From a virus (lineage: Duplodnaviria; Heunggongvirae; Uroviricota; Caudoviricetes): 52,563 nt of DNA. Below are positions 36,132-43,717 of the stretch, one piece after another. The position numbers and the translations under genes were made by a program. The stretch lies in the IMG/VR virus record IMGVR_UViG_2802428818_000001, positions 1-52,563 of that record, one strand, 5' to 3'. Each line of letters opens with the position of its first letter. Within the stretch, counting starts at the first letter, position 1. The notes under the pieces were generated by a model. It had not been told where the DNA came from. It was given only the letters and a program-made list of their open reading frames with translations, and ran no database searches.

Positions 36132-37130
36132 TTACGCTTTCGGCAGACGGCGATCGAGTTCGGCGCGGATCAGATCTTCACGATCGGGCTCGGCAAGAGC
36201 ATTCCACTCAGCGACGGTAGCGCCGGAGAGTTCGTGCGCTGCCGCGACCAGCTCGCCGAGCGTGACGGTTTTACCCTCAATCTCGTAAGAGGCAGCCAGA
36301 ACGGAAGAGCCGAGAAGGGTCTCGTATTCACTTTCGGAACCGACCAGCTTGAGCTTGGCGCCGTAGTGCTTTTCGATAGCCTCAATCTCGGCGTCGATCA
36401 GGAGCTTGCGCTCATGGTCTTCGAGGTTGTTCCAGCCCGTGAGGGACTTGCCGGAGTTCTTCAGCGCGGACTCGGCCAGCGTGGCGCCGGTGACGATGAT
36501 GTCGCCAACCATGTATTCGACAGCCAGGCCTTCGTAGCCGGCGACCGTCAGAACTTCCTCGGGCTCGACGACACCTTCAGGATTATCGCCCTCTTCGGTC
36601 GCCAGCGTGGTTGCCTTGAGCACCGAACCACCGACCGCTTCGAGCTTCTGGTTGCGCAGTCTCAAGAAGTCGGACTGGGCAGCGAGGATCTTTTCGATGA
36701 TCTCCGGAATGGAGCGACCCTTGACCAGCCACTTGTCGCCGATGTCGCGCAGGCCCTTGATGCCCTTTTCGTCGACGATCTTTTCGAGATCGGCGCGGGT
36801 GAAGAGCGTTTCGACCGGAGCCGTCAGCACGCGAGCCGCATCGAGCTTGGCCTCCATGCTCTTTTCGGCTTCGGTCTGGGTCGCGAGCGTGCCGGCGATC
36901 GCAGCGCGGCTTGCCGTTTCGGAGATCAGACGATGCTGGACGCCGACATTGACCGGAGCGTCGCCCTCGTTGCCGTCGGCATCGCACTGAACGACGCGAA
37001 CAGAGGCGGCAATGCGATCGGCAATGCGCGGAGGAACGGGCTCGGTCGAGACGCCATCCTTGAAGGTGATGATGTTGAGCTGACCGTTATAGCCCTGCCA
37101 GCCCGTAGAGACGATCTTGAGATAGTGCAT
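36132..37130 (-). CDS. Head-associated protein: conserved N-domain + HeH-like segment + two internal repeats
   Basis: True start MHYLK at 37130 (ORF-track extension crosses a terminator and palindrome); N-domain is paralogous to 39351-39929. Confidence 0.75.
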   Translation of the reverse strand: MHYLKIVSTGWQGYNGQLNIITFKDGVSTEPVPPRIADRIAASVRVVQCDADGNEGDAPVNVGVQHRLISETASRAAIAGTLATQTEAEKSMEAKLDAARVLTAPVETLFTRADLEKIVDEKGIKGLRDIGDKWLVKGRSIPEIIEKILAAQSDFLRLRNQKLEAVGGSVLKATTLATEEGDNPEGVVEPEEVLTVAGYEGLAVEYMVGDIIVTGATLAESALKNSGKSLTGWNNLEDHERKLLIDAEIEAIEKHYGAKLKLVGSESEYETLLGSSVLAASYEIEGKTVTLGELVAAAHELSGATVAEWNALAEPDREDLIRAELDRRLPKA

Positions 37131-37156
37131 TATCCACCAATCTTGTGTTGATAAGG

Positions 37157-37180
37157 AAAAAGGGCGGGAGAGCCCGCCCT
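37157..37180 (-). terminator. Intrinsic terminator
   Basis: GGGCGGG-agag-CCCGCCC with A5 tract. Confidence 0.8.
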
Positions 37181-37185
37181 TATAG

Positions 37186-37203
37186 TAAGTCAATATTGAT
37201 TGA
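37186..37203. promoter_or_regulatory. 18-bp palindrome, copy 14
   Basis: TAAGTCAATATTGATTGA. Confidence 0.85.
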
Positions 37204-37212
37204 TGATCAACC

Positions 37213-39351
37213 TCACAGCGATGCGAGCAAGGCGTCGATCCAAGCTCCCGTCGCCAGGTCGAGCAACACCTGACCACCCATGCCGCCCGTCGAGACGCGC
37301 GGGTGCGTGCCGTCATCGGAGATATAGCAGACGCCTGGCCACATCACGAGTAGATCGCCGATAGCCGGCGCGCTGGCAAACGCGGACACAACCGTGAAGT
37401 CGCCGTTGGTGTTGTTGCTACCGCCCTTCAAAACGCCAGCGAGCGCGCCGGTCAGGAATTGCGCCAGACCGTTCGCCATGGTGTTCGAGCCAACCGCGTA
37501 GTCGGTGAAGAACCGCGTGGTCGTGCGCACGGCGCCATTGACGACGCTGACGCGAACAGGAAGCGGCAGTTGCGACTTCTCACCTGCTACGGCAAAGCGA
37601 CCGGCATCGCGATACGGTTCGATCGCATCGGCCCAGTCGACATAGCCGTCGAAGGCGCCACCGCGAACTGTTGCGTTGAACTGGCCGCGTGGGCTGTCAG
37701 GACCAGGCGCATAGCTGGCACTTGCAGTTTGCCACTCGACGGTGTTCGTGGTGCCGCGGGCAGCAAGCGTGATCGTGCCGGTCGCAGGCGAGGCAAGACC
37801 AGCCACACACGGGAACGAGACCGTATTGGCTGCAAGATCAACCGCGATACAGACGAGCGAGCCGTTGTAGCCCGAAGGTGTAGCGCCGGCCATCGTGTAG
37901 GCCTGATCGACGACGAACTTCGATGCATCGGCGACCTGAGCCGTCATGATGTTGCCGGAGGACGTGAGGCTCTGAACGCTGACTGCGGCCTTCTTGGAGA
38001 CACGCGGCAGCATCGTTGCCTGGATCCATTTGATACCTTCCGCATTGGCGAGCGAACGCATCGCCTGAAGATCACCGAGGATCTGCGCGACAGTGCGACC
38101 CGCGGCAATGTCGTTGGTCGACCAGTTGGCGAGGAAGTGGGTGATGCCGAGCAACTTTGCGAGCGCGACCTGACGGACGAAGTTCGCAGCGCCGCTGGCG
38201 CCATAGGTCTGAGCCGTCGTGCCGACGATCGACGCATGGTAGACAGGAACGCGGCCGGCAGAGGCATTCATCAGCGCCGCGCCGTTATTGGTCGCGATCG
38301 AGTCACCGACGCCGTAGATGGCAGGCTTCAGCTCGTCGGGTCTGGCCCTGGTGAGCACGCCCGCAAAACCGAGGCGAGTGATGTATTTGGCACCCGAGGC
38401 AACCGTCATGGACAGGTTCACCTTGAAGCTGGCGCCGGGCGGGATACTCGTGGGTAGAACAGCGTCATCAGACTTGATCGAGTCACCGGCAGCACCGGGC
38501 GCCACGACGGCGTTGATTGCCGTTTGCGTGCCTCCAATCGGGTATTCAAAGTTTCCCGTCACCGTGAAGTCATTGCCCGCCGCCTGTGTGCCAGTAGCGG
38601 TTAGGCCCCAGCCCTGCAGCGCGACTGACGCGATGTCGATGGCGCGGCCACTCTCGTTGACGAGGGTGGCCGAATAGGTCTTCGCCGCCCCATCGCTCGT
38701 CAGAACCACTGCCTCGGCGTTGTAACCGGGTCCGGTTTGGCGCGTGGCGAGCCGGTAGATAGGATCGAGCACCAGTGGCTTAACCGTCACGTTGATAGAC
38801 AGCGTGCGGCCGGCCGTGGTCGTGATCGTGGCGTTGATCGAACCAGCCGAGGCAGCCGAGAGGCCGACGACAAGCTGATTGTTGCTGGCGATCGCCAGAC
38901 GGCCGTCATTAGGCACGACCGAAGCGATCGCTTCATTGGCACCGATGTCGAAACCGGTGATTGCGGCAATCAGCGTTCCGGGAGCTGCGCCAACCGTGAA
39001 CTCAGCAACACTTGGCGACAGCGTGCCTTCCAACACATTGCCGATTCCAATGGTGAAGGTCTTGGTGAGAGGCGCATCGACGCCGTTGCTTGCCTGGATC
39101 GTGACGCTGTGTTGCGTCTTGGTCTCGAAGTCGAGGGCCGCGGCGAGATTGAGGTTCGCACCGACGATCTCAAACTTATTGTCGGGATCGGCAGTCTTGG
39201 TGAAGATGTAGCTGCCGGAACCCTTGCTGACGGAGAGTGCTGCGATCAACGAGCCGATCGTGGCAGCTTCCGGCACAGAGGTATTGGAGAGCCGGATCGT
39301 CGGAACCGGCCTCCCACCTCGTGCGAAGCGGGAAAGGAGAGGATGACCCAT
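37213..39351 (-). CDS. Cadherin-like repeat + SGNH/GDSL esterase virion protein (head fibre candidate)
   Basis: LSNTSVPEAA..G...LDFETK cadherin-like unit; SGNH blocks GVGDSIA, STNDI, DDGTHP. Confidence 0.75.
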   Translation of the reverse strand: MGHPLLSRFARGGRPVPTIRLSNTSVPEAATIGSLIAALSVSKGSGSYIFTKTADPDNKFEIVGANLNLAAALDFETKTQHSVTIQASNGVDAPLTKTFTIGIGNVLEGTLSPSVAEFTVGAAPGTLIAAITGFDIGANEAIASVVPNDGRLAIASNNQLVVGLSAASAGSINATITTTAGRTLSINVTVKPLVLDPIYRLATRQTGPGYNAEAVVLTSDGAAKTYSATLVNESGRAIDIASVALQGWGLTATGTQAAGNDFTVTGNFEYPIGGTQTAINAVVAPGAAGDSIKSDDAVLPTSIPPGASFKVNLSMTVASGAKYITRLGFAGVLTRARPDELKPAIYGVGDSIATNNGAALMNASAGRVPVYHASIVGTTAQTYGASGAANFVRQVALAKLLGITHFLANWSTNDIAAGRTVAQILGDLQAMRSLANAEGIKWIQATMLPRVSKKAAVSVQSLTSSGNIMTAQVADASKFVVDQAYTMAGATPSGYNGSLVCIAVDLAANTVSFPCVAGLASPATGTITLAARGTTNTVEWQTASASYAPGPDSPRGQFNATVRGGAFDGYVDWADAIEPYRDAGRFAVAGEKSQLPLPVRVSVVNGAVRTTTRFFTDYAVGSNTMANGLAQFLTGALAGVLKGGSNNTNGDFTVVSAFASAPAIGDLLVMWPGVCYISDDGTHPRVSTGGMGGQVLLDLATGAWIDALLASL

Positions 39352-39929
39352 TATGCCGCCGTCCTTCCGCTGAGCTGGAAGGAGCCATCAGGGAAGCGTG
39401 CGAGCGAGAGAATCGCCAGGCGCTTTTCGGACTTCATGAAGCCGTCGATCTCCTCGACAGTCACGTCGGTCGCTGCAAGCACGGTGAGCTGATCTTCGCC
39501 ACCCTGCCGCAGCGTGCAATAGAAGTCATCGGGCAGATTGGCCGGAACCGTGATCTGAGCGCCATCTGCAAAGTCAAGCAGGTAGCCGTGATCGTCGGTC
39601 GTCAACGTGTAGCTCACGCCGAGGATCGACTTGAGGTAAAGCGGCTCGGCGTCGAGACGGCGCTGATTAGCCGGAGCCTCGACCGAAGGCGCCTCTCCCT
39701 CCCGAACAGTTGCAAAGTATGCCACCCGGAGGGTCGGGTTTGCGGATTGAGTTTCAGCACCGCCCGCGTTGACGTAGACGGTCTCATAAGCAGCGCCGAT
39801 GACCTCGGCCTGGCGCTGGGTAACGTATTCGGACAGACCATCGACAAAGCTAATCTTGCCGATCTTGCCGGTGAAGTGCTCCATTCCGAGAGCTTTTAGT
39901 CGAACGCGAGCAGTTTGCGCGGTAGCCAT
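39351..39929 (-). CDS. Head decoration / fibre-base candidate
   Basis: N-domain shared with 36132-37130; C-domain SYTLTTDDHG...ITVPANLP..F.C...Q.G..Q.T typical of phage fibre/decoration modules. Confidence 0.65.
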   Translation of the reverse strand: MATAQTARVRLKALGMEHFTGKIGKISFVDGLSEYVTQRQAEVIGAAYETVYVNAGGAETQSANPTLRVAYFATVREGEAPSVEAPANQRRLDAEPLYLKSILGVSYTLTTDDHGYLLDFADGAQITVPANLPDDFYCTLRQGGEDQLTVLAATDVTVEEIDGFMKSEKRLAILSLARFPDGSFQLSGRTAA

Positions 39930-39947
39930 TGCTTATCTCCAAATAGC

Positions 39948-39972
39948 AAAAGGGGCAGGAAAAACCTGCCCC
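39948..39972 (-). terminator. Intrinsic terminator after the major capsid gene
   Basis: GGGGCAGG-aaaaa-CCTGCCCC with A4 tract. Confidence 0.8.
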
Positions 39973-39977
39973 TATTG

Positions 39978-39995
39978 TAAGTCAATATTGATTGA
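39978..39995. promoter_or_regulatory. 18-bp palindrome, copy 15
   Basis: TAAGTCAATATTGATTGA. Confidence 0.85.
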
Positions 39996-40004
39996 CTATC
40001 CAGA

Positions 40005-40907
40005 TTAAATGTTGAGGATGCCCTTGAGGCGAGCAACCGAGTGGGTGGCCTTGAGGGCGGTGCCCGCATACCACTTGACACGGTAGCGGCTGGCGTCCTT
40101 GTTCTGGACCGTGCCGATTTCTTCGAACTGGATACCAGCCGAAGAACCACCGAAGATGCCGTGGAAACCATCAGCTTCGTTCAGACGAAGAGCGTAGATC
40201 GAGCAGGTGGCGTTAGCCGAGCCCTGAACTTCGTCAGCCGTCATGAAGTCGTTGATGATAACCGGAACACCGTCGTAGGCCGGGACCGGCTTGCCGAAGT
40301 TCGGGATCTGGATCATGTCGCCGGTGTTACCACCGAAGGAGCGCATGATTGCGCGGATAGCACGCCAGGTGCCACGGCGCATCATCAGCACGTCGGCGCC
40401 GAGCTTAACGGCATCGAGCAGCTCGTCGAGCATTTCGGCCGAAACAGCAGCACCGTTTGCGCCAGCGACGAGCGTCTGGGCAGCCGGGGTCAGCTTCTTG
40501 ATGCCGTCGAAGGACTTCGCATTAACCGCGCTGTCGCCGTTGACGATCGTGCGCTTGAACTTGCGACCGAGGCCCTTGGCCTTGGCAGCGAGCTGAATGG
40601 CAACCTGCGGGTTGAGGTTCGACTGGACAGCAGCCGTGAACTTGTCGATGTCGACGTCACCAGCAAGCACCTTGAGCTTGGTCGTGACTTCGTCGAACGT
40701 GGCTGCGCCTTCCGGAACGGCCTCGTATGCATCCAGGAACTCACCTTCAGAGAGGGTGCCTTCGCGGACATACGTGAAAGTCTTGTCGTTCACATGCTGG
40801 AACGGCATCAGCGCAAAAAGAGACTCGGTATCGATGATCTCTTCGATCACACCGCGAGCCTTGTCCTCCTGGGACAGCTTAGCGGCTTCATCCATAAGCA
40901 GCGGCAT
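40005..40907 (-). CDS. Major capsid protein (HK97 fold)
   Basis: 300 aa after scaffold gene; LAGDVDIDKF, FDGI.KL, ELLDAV, YDGVPVIINDF, RYRVKWY.G.AL; strong GAGGAG SD. Confidence 0.9.
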   Translation of the reverse strand: MPLLMDEAAKLSQEDKARGVIEEIIDTESLFALMPFQHVNDKTFTYVREGTLSEGEFLDAYEAVPEGAATFDEVTTKLKVLAGDVDIDKFTAAVQSNLNPQVAIQLAAKAKGLGRKFKRTIVNGDSAVNAKSFDGIKKLTPAAQTLVAGANGAAVSAEMLDELLDAVKLGADVLMMRRGTWRAIRAIMRSFGGNTGDMIQIPNFGKPVPAYDGVPVIINDFMTADEVQGSANATCSIYALRLNEADGFHGIFGGSSAGIQFEEIGTVQNKDASRYRVKWYAGTALKATHSVARLKGILNI

Positions 40908-40940
40908 TGTATTTTCTCCTCTACGTGGCCGTCAGTTCAG

Positions 40941-40958
40941 TCAGTCAAAATTGATTGA
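40941..40958. promoter_or_regulatory. 18-bp palindrome, copy 16
   Basis: TCAGTCAAAATTGATTGA. Confidence 0.8.
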
Positions 40959-40962
40959 CCAT

Positions 40963-40992
40963 AGTCTAACCTGACGGCCACGCATCGAGCAA
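40963..40992 (-). promoter_or_regulatory. sigma70-like promoter of the major capsid gene
   Basis: TTGCTC-N18-TAGACT, flanked by copies 16 and 17. Confidence 0.5.
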
Positions 40993-41002
40993 GAAAAAAA
41001 TG

Positions 41003-41020
41003 TAAATCAATATTGATTTA
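41003..41020. promoter_or_regulatory. 18-bp palindrome, copy 17
   Basis: TAAATCAATATTGATTTA (perfect). Confidence 0.85.
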
Positions 41021-41044
41021 CTGCCGAGAACCCGTTAAACCGGA

Positions 41045-41983
41045 TTATTTGCCTGCGCTCTGGGCGTTGAGACCAGCCAGAATACGGGCTGCGCCGAACA
41101 GACCCTTGTCCTGCTGCTGCACCTTCGGCGCATCAACCTTGGACGTCGAGGAGCCCGCGCCCGGCTTGGACTTGTCGCGATAGAGCGACTCCTTCTCCGG
41201 ATCGGCATCGATGATGCGCTTGATGGCCTCGTCGAAGGCGACCGGCTTGCCGTCAGCACCGACGATCTCTGTGCGGTCCTTGGCGCTTGCCGGCTTGTCG
41301 TAGCCGATGATCTGGCCGTCAACGACCTCGAAGTGGCTGGAATAGATGGCGCGGGCCTTCGCACGCGGCAGAACCAGGTCTTCGCCGATGAACTTCGATT
41401 CAGAGAAAGAACGGCCGACGGTCAGATCGTTGATGGTGCTGTCCTTGTCACCCAACGCCTTCTGAAGCGCCTCGATCTGCTCCTGTGCGGCCTTGAGCGC
41501 CTTGTCGTGCTCGGAGACCATCATTTCCTTGACGCGGGCAAAGTTACCCTTGGCTTCCTCGGCTGCGAGCTCGGCATTGCGCTTCTCGTCGAGGAGCGCG
41601 CGAACGGCGTCCGGATCGATGCCGTTGAATTTCTGAAGCTGGGCTTCGAGATCCTTGATCTTGTTCTTCTTGTCCATGACTTCGCGGAGCAGACCCTTGT
41701 CGTCGCCCTTTGCGGCAGCGGCAGCAGCTTCGGCAGCCGCAGCTTCTTCAGCGGCGATCTCCTCGGCGGTCTTGGTCGGCTTGTTCTTGTCGGCTTCCGC
41801 AGCAGCAGCAGCAGCTTCGGCAGCCGCAGCTTCGGCTGCGAGCTCTTCGGCCGTCTTCGTTTCGCCGGTGCCACCTTCGTTCGGCGGGGCGAAAGCGATG
41901 CGCGGTGCGCCCGGATACATCGGGGCGGATGCGAATGCGCCAAAAGAGGAGGCGCGGGTATGCTTCTTCAAAACTTCAGTCAC
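41045..41983 (-). CDS. Capsid scaffolding protein
   Basis: Ala/Glu-rich coiled coil, KFNGIDPDAV, FDEAI..IIDADP; GTG start with AAGGAG SD. Confidence 0.8.
   Translation of the reverse strand: MTEVLKKHTRASSFGAFASAPMYPGAPRIAFAPPNEGGTGETKTAEELAAEAAAAEAAAAAAEADKNKPTKTAEEIAAEEAAAAEAAAAAAKGDDKGLLREVMDKKNKIKDLEAQLQKFNGIDPDAVRALLDEKRNAELAAEEAKGNFARVKEMMVSEHDKALKAAQEQIEALQKALGDKDSTINDLTVGRSFSESKFIGEDLVLPRAKARAIYSSHFEVVDGQIIGYDKPASAKDRTEIVGADGKPVAFDEAIKRIIDADPEKESLYRDKSKPGAGSSTSKVDAPKVQQQDKGLFGAARILAGLNAQSAGK
41721..41833. repeat. Internal tandem duplication in scaffold gene
   Basis: 26-bp exact repeat at 41721-41746 and 41808-41833 (87-bp period), encoding KTAEE(L/I)AAE..AAAEAAAAAA. Confidence 0.8.
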
Positions 41984-42095
41984 GATATTCTCCTTGCCCA
42001 GTCTCTCGGGCGATCGGTGTTGGGTGGCCGGTAACTTGGCCGTTCGGGCATGCACGTTTCAGGCCGTCAGTCTCTCGACGGTTTCTTGGGTCAGG

Positions 42096-43661
42096 CTACT
42101 TTGCGGCCTGTTTGTTTGGCGAAGTCTTCGTCACCTGACCCTGTCGGGAAGGTTGAGCCGGAGACTTGGTGCCGAACGAGGTTGGGACTGGCAGCAAATC
42201 GATGCCTTCCAGCCACTTGTTGATGTCCTTCTCCATCTTGGCCTTGATGTCGGCCTTCAGACGCGGGAAGAGCTTATTGACGACGACGCGGAGCTGTTCG
42301 CGGCGAACCTCGGCCGGAGCCTGGATCGTTGCGAGCTGCTCGGCGACAGCCAGATCATCCATCAGACGCATGACGTCATAGGTTTCAGGATACTTGACGA
42401 GCTTTTCCTTCGGTTGCTCTTCGCCGGCCCAGAGGCAGACGAGTTCAACCAGCTCGTTTTCGACCTTCTCGCAGGACTGGCCCTTCGAGGTGAGCAGCGA
42501 GTTGACGCGCTCGAAATCGTAGGCCTTGGCGACGCCGGACGAGTTGTCGATACCGACAGCGTTGTCTTCCTTGGTGCGTTCGCCGGCCAGGCCGATCGTG
42601 TGGTAGATCTCGTTGATGATCTTGTTGATCACCGTCAGGATGACGTTTGCCTGCTTCGGATCGGGCGACAGGTATTCGGGCTTGCCGGAGCCGAGACCGG
42701 CGTCGTAGGTGAAGATCCGCTTCGTGCCCATTTCGACCAGCTTGTTGTAGCCGTCGTCACCAGGCATAAGGTTCTGCGCGGGCATCGCGAGCTGCGAGAA
42801 GGTCTGATCCTGGATGATGGCATCGAGGTTCGACAGGTAGTTGGCGACCGCGCGATCGAGATAGGCGATGTCGTCGATCAAGCCCGGCGTGCGATACGGA
42901 TTGTCGGTGATGATGTGATCGAGGAAGACGATCGGCACGCGCTTCAGGCCGTGAACGCCCTGGTCGAGAATGACGATCTTGGTCGCGACCTTCTTGCGGC
43001 CGCGGGTGTCCTTCGACGTCTCTTCCTGCTCTTCGAACAGCGTCCAGTCTTCGCGGGTCCACAGACGAACGCGCGTCGTCACCTCGCCCGTGCCGTGGAT
43101 CGGGTCGGCGTCGTCGCGGAAATACTCGCGCACCTTGACCCAGAGGAGACCACCGTCACCCTCCTCGTCATAGGCATAGTCGAGCAGATCCGTCGCATCG
43201 ACGGGATAGGCGTAGATCTTGCGCTTGGACTGCTTCGCCTCGGCGACCGAAATGGCGCCATCGCGCACATTGGTATCAACGACAAGCGCAACACGGCCCT
43301 TGACCGAGCTCGAGGTGCCGGACGAGCGCATGAGCTGATCGATGCGCATGTTTTGCAGCGTCGAGGACTTCCAGAAATCCTTGACGGTCTGAGACGCATT
43401 GTCGGTATCGCGGGTGATCTGCCCCTTGAAGAGATACTTCGTCACCAGCTCCACGACTTCGCGGGTGTGATTGAAGCGGTAGGCGCGATCGATGCGCGCC
43501 TTGTATTCGTCAGGGCCTTCCTTGTGATACTTGAAGATGTTTTCTTCGAACCAGGTCCGGCCACCCTCATAGGTGCGCTCGAGGAAATGCCAATGCGCGA
43601 TCGACCGGGCATAGTCCGGATGCCTTCGATCGTAAAAACTGCGCAGCAAATCGTTCGTCAT
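42096..43661 (-). CDS. Portal protein (DUF4055-like)
   Basis: 521 aa after terL; YEGG, RAYRFNHTR, IAYLDRA..N..S, SGVAKAYDF. Confidence 0.85.
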   Translation of the reverse strand: MTNDLLRSFYDRRHPDYARSIAHWHFLERTYEGGRTWFEENIFKYHKEGPDEYKARIDRAYRFNHTREVVELVTKYLFKGQITRDTDNASQTVKDFWKSSTLQNMRIDQLMRSSGTSSSVKGRVALVVDTNVRDGAISVAEAKQSKRKIYAYPVDATDLLDYAYDEEGDGGLLWVKVREYFRDDADPIHGTGEVTTRVRLWTREDWTLFEEQEETSKDTRGRKKVATKIVILDQGVHGLKRVPIVFLDHIITDNPYRTPGLIDDIAYLDRAVANYLSNLDAIIQDQTFSQLAMPAQNLMPGDDGYNKLVEMGTKRIFTYDAGLGSGKPEYLSPDPKQANVILTVINKIINEIYHTIGLAGERTKEDNAVGIDNSSGVAKAYDFERVNSLLTSKGQSCEKVENELVELVCLWAGEEQPKEKLVKYPETYDVMRLMDDLAVAEQLATIQAPAEVRREQLRVVVNKLFPRLKADIKAKMEKDINKWLEGIDLLPVPTSFGTKSPAQPSRQGQVTKTSPNKQAAK

Positions 43662-43690
43662 AACCCGTCCTTCAGATTGAACGCCAATGG

Positions 43691-43708
43691 TAAATCAATA
43701 TTGATTGA
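43691..43708. promoter_or_regulatory. 18-bp palindrome, copy 18
   Basis: TAAATCAATATTGATTGA. Confidence 0.85.
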
Positions 43709-43717
43709 CCGTCAACG

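Noticed and set aside
37131-37316. 62-codon N-terminal extension of the 36132 gene, and similar extensions (50797, 50826, 33278, 42055, 10216, 4571)
   Set aside because: They run through terminators or palindromes or overlap upstream genes, and better SD-linked starts exist downstream.
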